From Armatimonadota bacterium (GTDB taxonomy: Bacteria > Armatimonadota > SYMT01): DNA of 64,000 bases. The stretch covers positions 16,913 through 80,912 of the forward strand of contig JBKBRF010000032.1 of NCBI GenBank assembly GCA_046292385.1, read 5' to 3'. Of this stretch, positions 45,631 to 54,250 are shown in pieces. Both the position numbers and the translations under genes were made by a program. Below the pieces are notes generated by a model, which was given only the letters and a program-made list of their open reading frames with translations, did no database searches and was not told where the DNA came from. How positions within the stretch are numbered: the stretch's first letter is position 1; each line of letters begins with the position of its first letter.

Positions 45631-46803
45631 CTACGCGGGCGACTGCTCGGGGGCCGCCGGCTCCCGGTCGAAGAGCACCCGCGTGAGGAGGAGCTGGTAG
45701 ACGCCCATCAGGCACTTGCTGCCGTCGTGCGGGAACGACTCCGACTCCGCGATGCGCCAGCGGTTCGGATCGAGCGCCTCCTGCAGCTCGATCGCCAGTG
45801 TCCGCGCCTGCCGTTCATCCTCCGCCAGCACCACGAACGGCCGGAAGTAGGACTGGCTGCCGCACTCCACTTCCATCAGGATGCGGTAGGCGCGGCATGG
45901 TGCCTCTATCCCTCGCAGCTCCCGCAGAGTCGCGAGGGCGCGATCGACGGCCTGGTCGGAGGGCGGCCCGGCGATCCGCAGCGTCTCCAGCGCCAGCTCC
46001 CGGGCGGCTTCGGGCGCGCCTGCGCGGCGAGCGATCTCCGCCCGGAGCGCCAGTACCAGACGGCCGGTCTCCGGCAGCGCCGCCAGCTCGTCGATCTGCC
46101 GCTCAGCGCTGCGGGTGTCGCCGCGGTCGAGTGCCAGCCCCAGCCGGAACTGCCGGTAGAGCACCGAGCGCGGGTCGAGGCAGACGGCACGGTTGGCCAG
46201 GCGGTCGGCGGCGTCCACGTCTCCCCCGCGCGCGGAGAGCAGTGCCCAGCGGTAGAAGACCCGCGCGTCGTCCGGAGAGAGCAGGCAGGCGCGCTCGTAA
46301 GCGCGGTCCGCCGCTTCCAGGTCGCCGCGCTCGGCCTCCGCGTCTCCCAGGGCAATCAGGATCTGGGTATCGGTGACGGCGCGCTCCTCCATCTCGAGCG
46401 CTTTGCGGTAGTGGGAGACCGCCTCGTCGAAATCGCCCACGTCGAAGCAGCACTGCCCCAGCCGGTAGGCGATCAGCCGCTCCCGCGGGGCTCGCCGCGC
46501 CGCTTCGCGAAGCCACCGGCACGCCTCGGCCAGCTCGCCGGCGCGATGCAGCGCGGCGCCCCAGTTGTAGCGGCTGCGCCAGCCGTTGCGGTCCAGCCGC
46601 ATCGCGCGGGCGGAGCACTCGCCCGCGCGCTCCAGGTCGCCGTCCGCCTCGTGGCAGCCGGCCAGACCGTCCCAGGCGGGGGCGAACCGGGGATCGTCCA
46701 GCAAGATCAGCTCGAAGAGGCGGCGCGCGCGCTCGGTGTCGCCGCGCTCCAGCGCCGCCACCGCTGTCAGATACTGGTGCTCCGGTCCCTCTGCATCCAA
46801 CAT
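45631..46803 (-). CDS. Tetratricopeptide repeat protein
   Basis: Multiple TPR-like repeats (AWDGLA, YNWGAAL, YRLGQC, IALGDA); follows M16 pair. Confidence 0.85.
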   Translation of the reverse strand: MLDAEGPEHQYLTAVAALERGDTERARRLFELILLDDPRFAPAWDGLAGCHEADGDLERAGECSARAMRLDRNGWRSRYNWGAALHRAGELAEACRWLREAARRAPRERLIAYRLGQCCFDVGDFDEAVSHYRKALEMEERAVTDTQILIALGDAEAERGDLEAADRAYERACLLSPDDARVFYRWALLSARGGDVDAADRLANRAVCLDPRSVLYRQFRLGLALDRGDTRSAERQIDELAALPETGRLVLALRAEIARRAGAPEAARELALETLRIAGPPSDQAVDRALATLRELRGIEAPCRAYRILMEVECGSQSYFRPFVVLAEDERQARTLAIELQEALDPNRWRIAESESFPHDGSKCLMGVYQLLLTRVLFDREPAAPEQSPA

Positions 46804-46929
46804 CCCGTTCTCCCCGTTACAAGCTGTCAGCTGGAAGATGGAAGAAGAGGGACGCCATTCGCCGTTCCGTCCGCCTCTTCTCCGGTGTTCCCGAACCTGC
46901 ACGCCGCTACACAGGGATTGCTCGACGGC

Positions 46930-48204
46930 TCAGACCGCTCCCGCGATGGCGACCGCGAAGCAGTCCGGATCGAGGTAGCGGACCGCGGCCTGCCGCAGCG
47001 ACTCCCGCGTCTCCCGCCGGATCAGCTCCGGATAGCGCCAGAGGTAGTCGAGTCCGAGCCCGTAGTACTCCGTGTTGAGCATGTAAGCGGCGATGCCGTC
47101 GTTCGTCTCCATCCGCAGCGGCAGGCTGCCGATCAGGTAGTCGCGCGCGTCTGCCAGCTCCTGCTCGGTGACGCCCTCGCGGCGGAGCCGCTCCACCTCC
47201 GCCAGGATCGCCGCGTGCGCCGCGTCCACGTTCTGCGGGCTAACCCCCGCGGAGGCGACCCACTCCCCCGCCCAGAGCCGGCTGTTGGAACGGCAGCTCG
47301 CCTGGTAGGCCAGCCCCTGCTCCTCCCGCACCCGTGCGCCGAGACGGCCCATCAGGCCCAGGCCGCCAAGGATGAGACTCATCATCGCCAGCGCGTAGCT
47401 GTCCGGATGCGTGCGCGGCACGCCGGGCGCTCCGATCAGCAGATCGACCTGCGCCTTGTGCGGCAGCGAGATCCGCTCTTCGGTCCGCCGGCAGACCGCG
47501 CCCACGTCGGTCACCGGCAGGCGAGAGCCCGGCCGACCCTGGAGCCAGCCGGAGAGCTCCCGCCGCACCGGATCGGGATCGAACGAGCCGGCGATGCTGA
47601 CGAGCATGCCGTGCGCGGAGTAGTGCTCCTGGTGAAAGTCGACCAGCTCTTCGCGCGTGATGGCGGAGATCGTCTCCCGGTAGCCGGTGGAGGGACGGCC
47701 GTACGGGTGCCCGGCGGGGTAGAGCAGACCCCGGAGCGCCAGGTCGGCGCGGGCGCGGGTGCTGTCGTCCCGCTCCGAGAGCAGCGTCAGCAGCTCGCCG
47801 CGGGTCCGGTCGACTTCCTGCGGCGAAAACGCCGGCTCCTCCAGCACCTCCCGCAGCACGCGGAGCACCAGGGGGAGGTCGCGGTTCAGGCACTTGGCGG
47901 AGAAGCCGGCCTCTTCCGTCCCGGCCCAGATGGCGAAGCTCGCCCCTACCGCCTCCACCGCTTCCGAGATGGCGGCGGTATCGCGCCGCAGCGTTCCGCG
48001 CCGCAGCGCCCGCGCCACGAACCCGGCGAGGCCGAGCCGCTCTTCCGGGTCCCGGGCCGCGCCGACCGGAAAGCTGGCGCGCAGAGCGACGGCGGGAGTG
48101 TCGTCGCTGCGGCTGGAGAGCAGCACCAGGCCGTTGTCGAGCTGTTCACGCTCCGGACTCAAACGGGGGGCGGCGGCGCTGGGCGGGAGCATGGCGGTCG
48201 ACAT
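46930..48204 (-). CDS. M16B peptidase, non-catalytic partner subunit
   Basis: LDNGL, GLAGFVARALRRGT (no HxxEH), HPYGRP, RLGARVREEQGLAY. Confidence 0.9.
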   Translation of the reverse strand: MSTAMLPPSAAAPRLSPEREQLDNGLVLLSSRSDDTPAVALRASFPVGAARDPEERLGLAGFVARALRRGTLRRDTAAISEAVEAVGASFAIWAGTEEAGFSAKCLNRDLPLVLRVLREVLEEPAFSPQEVDRTRGELLTLLSERDDSTRARADLALRGLLYPAGHPYGRPSTGYRETISAITREELVDFHQEHYSAHGMLVSIAGSFDPDPVRRELSGWLQGRPGSRLPVTDVGAVCRRTEERISLPHKAQVDLLIGAPGVPRTHPDSYALAMMSLILGGLGLMGRLGARVREEQGLAYQASCRSNSRLWAGEWVASAGVSPQNVDAAHAAILAEVERLRREGVTEQELADARDYLIGSLPLRMETNDGIAAYMLNTEYYGLGLDYLWRYPELIRRETRESLRQAAVRYLDPDCFAVAIAGAV

Positions 48205-48214
48205 TCCTCTGCTC

Positions 48215-49492
48215 CTACGCCGCTTCCGGCAGGAACCAGCCGGTGGTGCGGTTCTCCGGGGTCAGGTAGCGGGCGGCGACCCGGGCGATCTCTTCCGGCG
48301 TGACCGCCTGCAGCCGCTCCAGGTGGTGGTCCAGGTTGCTCCAGTGGCCCAGCAGGTGGAAGTGGAGGAGCGCGAAGGCCCGGCTGGTGACACCGTCCCG
48401 GCTGTAGGCGAATTGGGCTTCCGCCTGGCAGCGCAGCCGCGCCAGCTCCTCCTCCGAGGGCGGCTCCGTCGCCAGGCCCTCGACCACCTCGGCAAGCACC
48501 GCTTCCGCCTCCGCCGGGTCCCGTCCCTCGCGCAGTGTCAGCGAGGCGGAGAAGGCGTAGGGGTCGGTGGAGAACCGGAATGCCGAGCCGACGTTGATGG
48601 CGAGGTGGCTCTCCACCAGGCGCCGGTAGAGGCGGGCGGTGCGGCCCATGTAGCCGCCGCCGTTCCAGCTGACCGGGCGGGCGCCGCTCAGCAGCGCGTC
48701 CGCCATTGCCAGCGGGTAGCAGTCCGGATGCCCTGCGGCGGGGGTGGGATAGAGAAGCTGCAGGTACGCCGCGGAGCCGCGCTCCCGCAGCTCGATCCGC
48801 GAGCTTCCCGCCGCGGGTGGGGGCTCCGCGGGCGCGGCAGGCGCCGGCAGCTCCGCCGGAGGGATCTCGCCGAAGACACGCTGCACCCGCGGCAGCACCG
48901 CTTCCGCATCGACGTCTCCGGAGATCACCAGCACCGCGTTATTCGGCGCGTAGTAGGTGCGGTAGTGCTCTCGCAGGTCGTCCCGGGTAATGCGCCGGAG
49001 GTCGTCCTCCGTACCGATGATCGGGTGCGCGTAGGAGCGGCCGCGGAACGTCTCCGCGCGGAGCTGCTCTCCCAGGCGGTAGAGCGGGCTGTTCTCGTTG
49101 CCCTGCCGCTCCGCCAGGATGACGCCGCGCTCTTTCTCGGTCTCGGCCGGATCGAAGAGGACGGAGGCCATCCGCTCCGATTCGATCTGGAGCGCCACCT
49201 CCAGCTGGTCCGCGGGAAGCGTCTCGTAATAGAGGGTGTAGTCGTCGCTGGTGAAGCCGTTGTTGCTGCCGCCGTGACGGGCCGTGAGCCGAAAGATCTC
49301 CCCGGAAGGGAGCCCGTCGGTCGTCTTGAACGTCATGTGCTCCACCCAGTGCGACGCGCCGGTGATGCCGGGCCGCTCGTTGCGGGAGCCGACACGGTAC
49401 CCCACCCAGCAGCTCACTACCGGAGCGGTATGGCTCTCCTGCACCAGCACCTGCAGCCCGTTTTCCAGCGCCGTCTCTACCACCTCGGCCAA
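48215..49492 (-). CDS. M16B zinc peptidase, catalytic subunit
   Basis: LENGL, VGSRNE..TGASHWVEHMTFK (HxxEH), NGFTS.DYT.YYE, HPIIG; TTG start. Confidence 0.92.
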   Translation of the reverse strand: MAEVVETALENGLQVLVQESHTAPVVSCWVGYRVGSRNERPGITGASHWVEHMTFKTTDGLPSGEIFRLTARHGGSNNGFTSDDYTLYYETLPADQLEVALQIESERMASVLFDPAETEKERGVILAERQGNENSPLYRLGEQLRAETFRGRSYAHPIIGTEDDLRRITRDDLREHYRTYYAPNNAVLVISGDVDAEAVLPRVQRVFGEIPPAELPAPAAPAEPPPAAGSSRIELRERGSAAYLQLLYPTPAAGHPDCYPLAMADALLSGARPVSWNGGGYMGRTARLYRRLVESHLAINVGSAFRFSTDPYAFSASLTLREGRDPAEAEAVLAEVVEGLATEPPSEEELARLRCQAEAQFAYSRDGVTSRAFALLHFHLLGHWSNLDHHLERLQAVTPEEIARVAARYLTPENRTTGWFLPEAA

Positions 49493-49620
49493 AAGGGGCC
49501 CTCCCCTGGGTCACTCCACAATCCAGCGGGCGCCGCTCTGCGGTCCCGGGGAACTATACCGGCCCCCGTACGGCCTGTCAAAGAAGACCAACATCCGGGG
49601 ACCGCCGCGGCGCCGAGCTC

Positions 49621-49646
49621 GTTTCCCCAGCGAGGCGTCGGGGTAT
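49621..49646 (+). promoter_or_regulatory. SigB/SigF-type stress promoter candidate GTTT-N16-GGGTAT
   Basis: Matches GTTT-N15-17-GGGTAW consensus, 41 bp upstream of ATG 49688. Confidence 0.55.
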
Positions 49647-49687
49647 CCTCCGGTGGAGAAGGATGCGCGGTTCCGCGAGGAGGCAGG

Positions 49688-49984
49688 ATGAGAGAAGGCA
49701 GCTACACCCAGATCGAGCGCGGCATGGAGGTGGTGGGTCGCGACGGCGAGACGATCGGTGGCGTCCGGGAAGTGATCGTGGACGAGGCGAGCGATATCTT
49801 CGTCGGACTGGCGGTCAAGCCGAACCTCTTCGTCCACTCCCTGCTGGTGCCGGGTGAGCTGGTGGAGCGTCTCCACGATCGAAAGGTCTACGTCGACGCG
49901 GTCGAAGCGGAGCTGGAGACCTACGTCACCCCGGAAGAGCGCCACCACGAGACGGAGCAGGCCTACGAAGAAGCGAACCGCTAG
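49688..49984 (+). CDS. PRC-barrel / DUF2171-like small protein
   Basis: IERGMEVVGRDGETIGGV.EVIVD..; SD GGAGG. Confidence 0.8.
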   Translation: MREGSYTQIERGMEVVGRDGETIGGVREVIVDEASDIFVGLAVKPNLFVHSLLVPGELVERLHDRKVYVDAVEAELETYVTPEERHHETEQAYEEANR

Positions 49985-50054
49985 CATCCAGTCCTCGTTA
50001 GATAGGGGCTCGAACTGAACGAGGCCGCCACTCCCCGAACGGAGAGGCGGCCTC

Positions 50055-50410
50055 GTGATCGTAAGCGGCTGCCAGGGATGGCAGCCGCACAGCCGGCTGC
50101 CGCCAAGTCCCATGTGGCACGAGATGCCGACGATCGATAACGTCCAGACCTTCGTCTGGCTGCTCAGCACGGCGTCGACCGTACCTTCGGCGTGGTGTTC
50201 CGCTCCTCGCTCGGCCAGGGCCTCACCATGCCGCCGCTCCTCCGCCTGCGCCTAGCCTCCGCGGAGACCCGACTCCAGCAGTACGAGGAGCTGGCGGCGC
50301 GGCAGATGGCGAACCAGGCGGCGCAGAAGGAGCTGGAGCAGCTCGGAGTAGGGCACTATCCCGCAAATTCATCCGTTTCGCGAGGTGATCGGCGGCAGTC
50401 GAGGAAATGA
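50055..50410 (+). pseudogene. Possible degraded gene fragment (two overlapping short ORFs in different frames)
   Basis: Coding-like stretches MWHEMPTIDNVQTFVWLL and FGVVFRSSLGQG..ETRLQQYEELAARQ lie in different frames. Confidence 0.25.
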
Positions 50411-50554
50411 GTCCCAGATTACTCGTAAGTGGTGCTGCTTTCAACGTTTAGAAGAGGATAATCTTCGCCGGGCAGCAAAGGGCACAAGCGTCCTGGTGGC
50501 TGCCCGGTCCAGGGGCAATGTGGCCGCTCCCGGAGCCACCCCGGAGTGCTACCG

Positions 50555-51823
50555 ATGCGTTTCCGCTCATGGTCCGCACGAGCGCCGTGGCTCCGCTGCC
50601 TCGTGCTCCTCACCCTGCTTTGCTGCGCTCCCACCGCCGCTCAGGCTGCCCCGCTCGGCTACGTGGCGAACTATGGCAGCAACAGCATCTCGGTCATCGA
50701 CGTCGCCACGAACACCGTCGTCGATACCATAGCCGGCATCTCGCGTCCCTACGGGATCGCTCTCACGCCGGATAAGACTCGAGCCTACGTCTCCAACCTC
50801 CACTCGAGCAGCGTGTCGGTAATCGACCTGAGTACCAAGGCGATCGTCGCCACGGTCCCGGTCGGCACGCTCCCCGCCGGACTGGTGGTGAACCCGACAG
50901 GGACCCGCGTCTATGTCACCAATGCCGAGAGCGACAGTGTCTCCATCATCGACACGGCAACGAACACGGTGGTCGGAACGATCCACGTGCCGGTGCATCC
51001 GAATAATGCGGTGATCAGCCCGGACGGCTCACGGCTCTACGTCAACGGCCAGTCTTCGAACGACGTCACCGTAATCGACACCGCCACCGACACCATCCTC
51101 ACCAAGGTGGCGGTCGGCTCTTTCCCAACGGCAATGGGCATCAGCCCGGACGGCTCGCGGATCTATGTCGGCAATACGCGTGATACCAAGGTTTCTGTGA
51201 TCGACACGGCCACCAATACCGTCGTCGCCTCCCCGACGGTCGGAAACTGGCCGTTCGGCGTGGCGGTCACTCCGAACGGGGCCAGGGCGTACGTAGCGAA
51301 CCTCAGCTCCAGGACCGTCTCGGTGATCGACACCGCTACCAACGCGGTAGTCGCCACCATTCCGGTCGCCCAGGACGTCACCTTCGTCGCTGTTAGCCCG
51401 GACGGAGTCTCCGTCTACGTCTCCGAGGAGAACGCCAGTGCAGTGGCCGTGATCGACACCGCCACCAACACCCTCACCGGCACGATCGCGGTCGGCGTCA
51501 ATCCCCAGTCGATCGTCATCGAGACTCCCCCACCCGGACCCCGACCCTCCCTCCTGGAGCTGATCCCGAACCCGGTGCGCGGCGGGAAGATGGTGGCGGG
51601 ACAGGTGACGCTGGATAAGGCGGCCGGCCCGGGAGGCGTCACGGTGGCGCTGACCAGCAACAGCCCGGCGGCGGAGGTGCCGGCCGAGGTGGTGGTGCCG
51701 GAAGGCGCCATCAGCGTGCAGTTCCAGATCAAGTCCCGGCAGGTGGCGGTCTCGACGCCGGTGGTCATCACCGCCGACGCCAATAACAAGTCGATCTCTC
51801 GCACGCTCACCGTCCAACCGTAG
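50555..51823 (+). CDS. Secreted YVTN-type beta-propeller repeat protein with C-terminal Ig-like domain
   Basis: Signal peptide; seven ~42 aa repeats YVxN..S.VSVIDTATNTVVATI.VG..P.G.A.TPDG. Confidence 0.93.
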   Translation: MRFRSWSARAPWLRCLVLLTLLCCAPTAAQAAPLGYVANYGSNSISVIDVATNTVVDTIAGISRPYGIALTPDKTRAYVSNLHSSSVSVIDLSTKAIVATVPVGTLPAGLVVNPTGTRVYVTNAESDSVSIIDTATNTVVGTIHVPVHPNNAVISPDGSRLYVNGQSSNDVTVIDTATDTILTKVAVGSFPTAMGISPDGSRIYVGNTRDTKVSVIDTATNTVVASPTVGNWPFGVAVTPNGARAYVANLSSRTVSVIDTATNAVVATIPVAQDVTFVAVSPDGVSVYVSEENASAVAVIDTATNTLTGTIAVGVNPQSIVIETPPPGPRPSLLELIPNPVRGGKMVAGQVTLDKAAGPGGVTVALTSNSPAAEVPAEVVVPEGAISVQFQIKSRQVAVSTPVVITADANNKSISRTLTVQP

Positions 51824-51963
51824 GAACGGCGGCTGCGGAGATCAGAACGCATGTGGGACGCAGCCTACCGCCGGAGTAGCTGCCCGGCGCCACGGATGGC
51901 CAGACCTCCGAGGCGCCGGGCCTCCGCGCCAGCTCAGTCGGCCCCTTCGAAGGAGACAGGCGA

Positions 51964-52398
51964 GTGCGTAGCGACGGCGATACAACCACGGAAACCGCGC
52001 CGGTGGATGTCCGGCCTCGATCCGACCGCGTCAGCGTGGTCGCTTTCGGGCTGCTGGCTTACGTCGTGGCTGTGGCAGTGCTGCTCCTGCTCTGGAACGA
52101 CGCCGCCGGCGGACTTGTCCAGGGTTGGTACGACGAGTACGTCCGCGAGGACGGAACCGTCTCTGGGAGCGGAAAGTGGCGCTCCATCGAGGGCAAGGCG
52201 TTCTCCGGCGCTGCCACCCTACTCGGAACTCCTGCCTACTTCTTCGCCATCCCGACCAGCGTGCTGTTCGCTGTTCTGGCTTGCGAGCGGCGGAGTTGGC
52301 GCGAGAAGGCGCTCTGCATCGTCTGCGCGCCACTGTCGCTCTACGCGCTCTACCGGATGGAGAGCATCGGCCTGCTCCGGGCGGTCTGGGGCTTCTGA
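51964..52398 (+). CDS. Hypothetical membrane protein
   Basis: GTG start after AGGAG..AGG; three hydrophobic segments. Confidence 0.55.
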   Translation: MRSDGDTTTETAPVDVRPRSDRVSVVAFGLLAYVVAVAVLLLLWNDAAGGLVQGWYDEYVREDGTVSGSGKWRSIEGKAFSGAATLLGTPAYFFAIPTSVLFAVLACERRSWREKALCIVCAPLSLYALYRMESIGLLRAVWGF

Positions 52399-52537
52399 TA
52401 CCTGCGGCCCCTACTGGTCTCACCCCAGTCATCCTGATCCCCAGGCACGACCGGAGACCCGCCACTCCCGAGAAAACGGGTTAGAAGAACAACCGAAAGC
52501 CGCTTCCGGCCGTCTTCCTCTTGAGATGCACCACTCT

Positions 52538-52701
52538 CCGAATTCGTCATTCTGAACGAAGTGAAGAATCTCGGCAGCCGACCTGGTCTGGAGCACGCAC
52601 GCGGGTGACGAGGATCAACGTTGGCGGGGCGCTCCCGAACGAGGGCGAGACGCACGCCCCGAAGAGCCGGGGTGAAATCGCTCCTCCACGCACAGGATGA
52701 C
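52538..52701. mobile_element. MITE/REP-like element with GTCATYCTG ends, copy 2
   Basis: CCGAATTCGTCATTCTGAACGAAGTGAAGAATCTCGGCAGCCG..CAGGATGAC; inverted homolog of 19452-19618. Confidence 0.7.
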
Positions 52702-53064
52702 CTCCGGGGAGCCGAGCCGAGGCACGCAGGGCCGACGCCGTCACCGACGCGTACCTCATGGAACGGCAATCTGGGTCGAAGCTTCTTGAGAATGCCAGTG
52801 ACGGATCTCGGCAGACCTGCTGATTCGGAGGGGGCAAACGGGTGACAAGGAGTCTACCACCGGTCCCCCGCTCGCCGGAACTCTCTCCGGCGAGGAACAG
52901 GTGACGTAGACCCATCACTCCGTTCACGGTGCCTGGGGTGGTGGCACGAACGCTGCCAAGCACTCTCCGCATTGCTCGGAGGCAGAATTACGGAAGCGGC
53001 GGTGCGGTGGCAGCCGCTCGAGGACAGGAAACCGTGGGGCGGACTGGTGAGCGACGTTGGTCCG

Positions 53065-54102
53065 TCAGAGCGGCGTGAGCAGACAGGTTGCCTTTCGATC
53101 GTTCCGGATTCCGGTTACGAGGATCTGGCCGCGGTCGTTGATCTCGAGCGCTTCTCGGAACAGCCAGCCGGACTGTCCCTTCACGTGCTCTTCCAGGGGG
53201 AACCACTTCCCATCCCTCCAGAGCACCGCCCGAACCTCCGTGGGGCTGGAGAGCGAGCCTACCACCTCCAGGCGGCGATTGAGGTCCTCCGCGCTGCCGT
53301 GCTGACCTTCCGGGGTAGGCAGCTGCTCCACCTTGCCGCCGCGCCAGAGCACGGCGACGGAGCGATCTTCTTTGCTCCAGGCCCATCCGGCAATCGTGCC
53401 GCCGGCTTCCACCGCCCGGGCTTCGGAGGAGTGCCCAAAGTCCGGCAGCATGCGCGGTCGTCCGTTCTCCCAGACGACTGCCCGCGGACTCGAGACGGAG
53501 AACGGCGGCAGGTGAGGGCTGAAGCCCTGAGATGGCTCGCAGGTATATCCCACGATAAGGGAGCGATCGACCATATCGGTCGTGCGCACCAGCCGCTCGT
53601 CCGGAGCGGCGAGGGGCCGACGGCCCGGCATGAGGAAGCTTCCGCGGGCGGCCAGAACGCAGCTGCCGTCCGAACCGATCAGCCGCGCGACGCCGGGATT
53701 GGTATCGAGCCACTCGGAGCGCCGCGGGGAAGCGCGCCAGATCACCGGGTAGCGGTCGCCGCCCGCCTCGGCTTCGCCTACGACGTCGCCCTCGTTGTTC
53801 ATGGCGTGCGCCAGCGCCGGTTGATCCCGGTCGTGCGGAAGCGCATGCGACTTCCCGTCGCTCCAGACACACGGAATCGGTGCCCCCCACCTTTGATCCT
53901 CGTTTGGGTACGAGGTGCCGCATACCTCGCCCCGGTCGTTCAGGCCGGTCCACCTCGCCCAATCACAGCCCGGCAGCGGCTCCAGCTCGACGACGCGGTA
54001 CTCCGGCGGCGACGCAGGCGCTGCGGTCTGAAGCCTGAGCGGCCCGCTCCAGAGCGACAGGGTAAGCAGCGGTACGACCCGTAGGCGAAGGACGGGCAGC
54101 AT
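53065..54102 (-). CDS. Secreted protein with HAF-family extracellular repeats
   Basis: Signal-like N-terminus, YRVVEL.PLPG, repeated A..(L/M/I)N..G.VVG..A.(L/V)W..G motifs. Confidence 0.75.
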   Translation of the reverse strand: MLPVLRLRVVPLLTLSLWSGPLRLQTAAPASPPEYRVVELEPLPGCDWARWTGLNDRGEVCGTSYPNEDQRWGAPIPCVWSDGKSHALPHDRDQPALAHAMNNEGDVVGEAEAGGDRYPVIWRASPRRSEWLDTNPGVARLIGSDGSCVLAARGSFLMPGRRPLAAPDERLVRTTDMVDRSLIVGYTCEPSQGFSPHLPPFSVSSPRAVVWENGRPRMLPDFGHSSEARAVEAGGTIAGWAWSKEDRSVAVLWRGGKVEQLPTPEGQHGSAEDLNRRLEVVGSLSSPTEVRAVLWRDGKWFPLEEHVKGQSGWLFREALEINDRGQILVTGIRNDRKATCLLTPL

Positions 54103-54250
54103 GGCGGGACCTCCGGAGCGAAGGCCGAAGAAACCCACGGTAGGGCTCGCCGGCTCCCGCTCCCGGAGGTTAAGACTCCCGAGTTAGAGCATGGTACTCA
54201 CCGCGACCGAAGCAGCGGCAGCCCGGCCGGTGCTGCTGGCCGCGGCTCGC

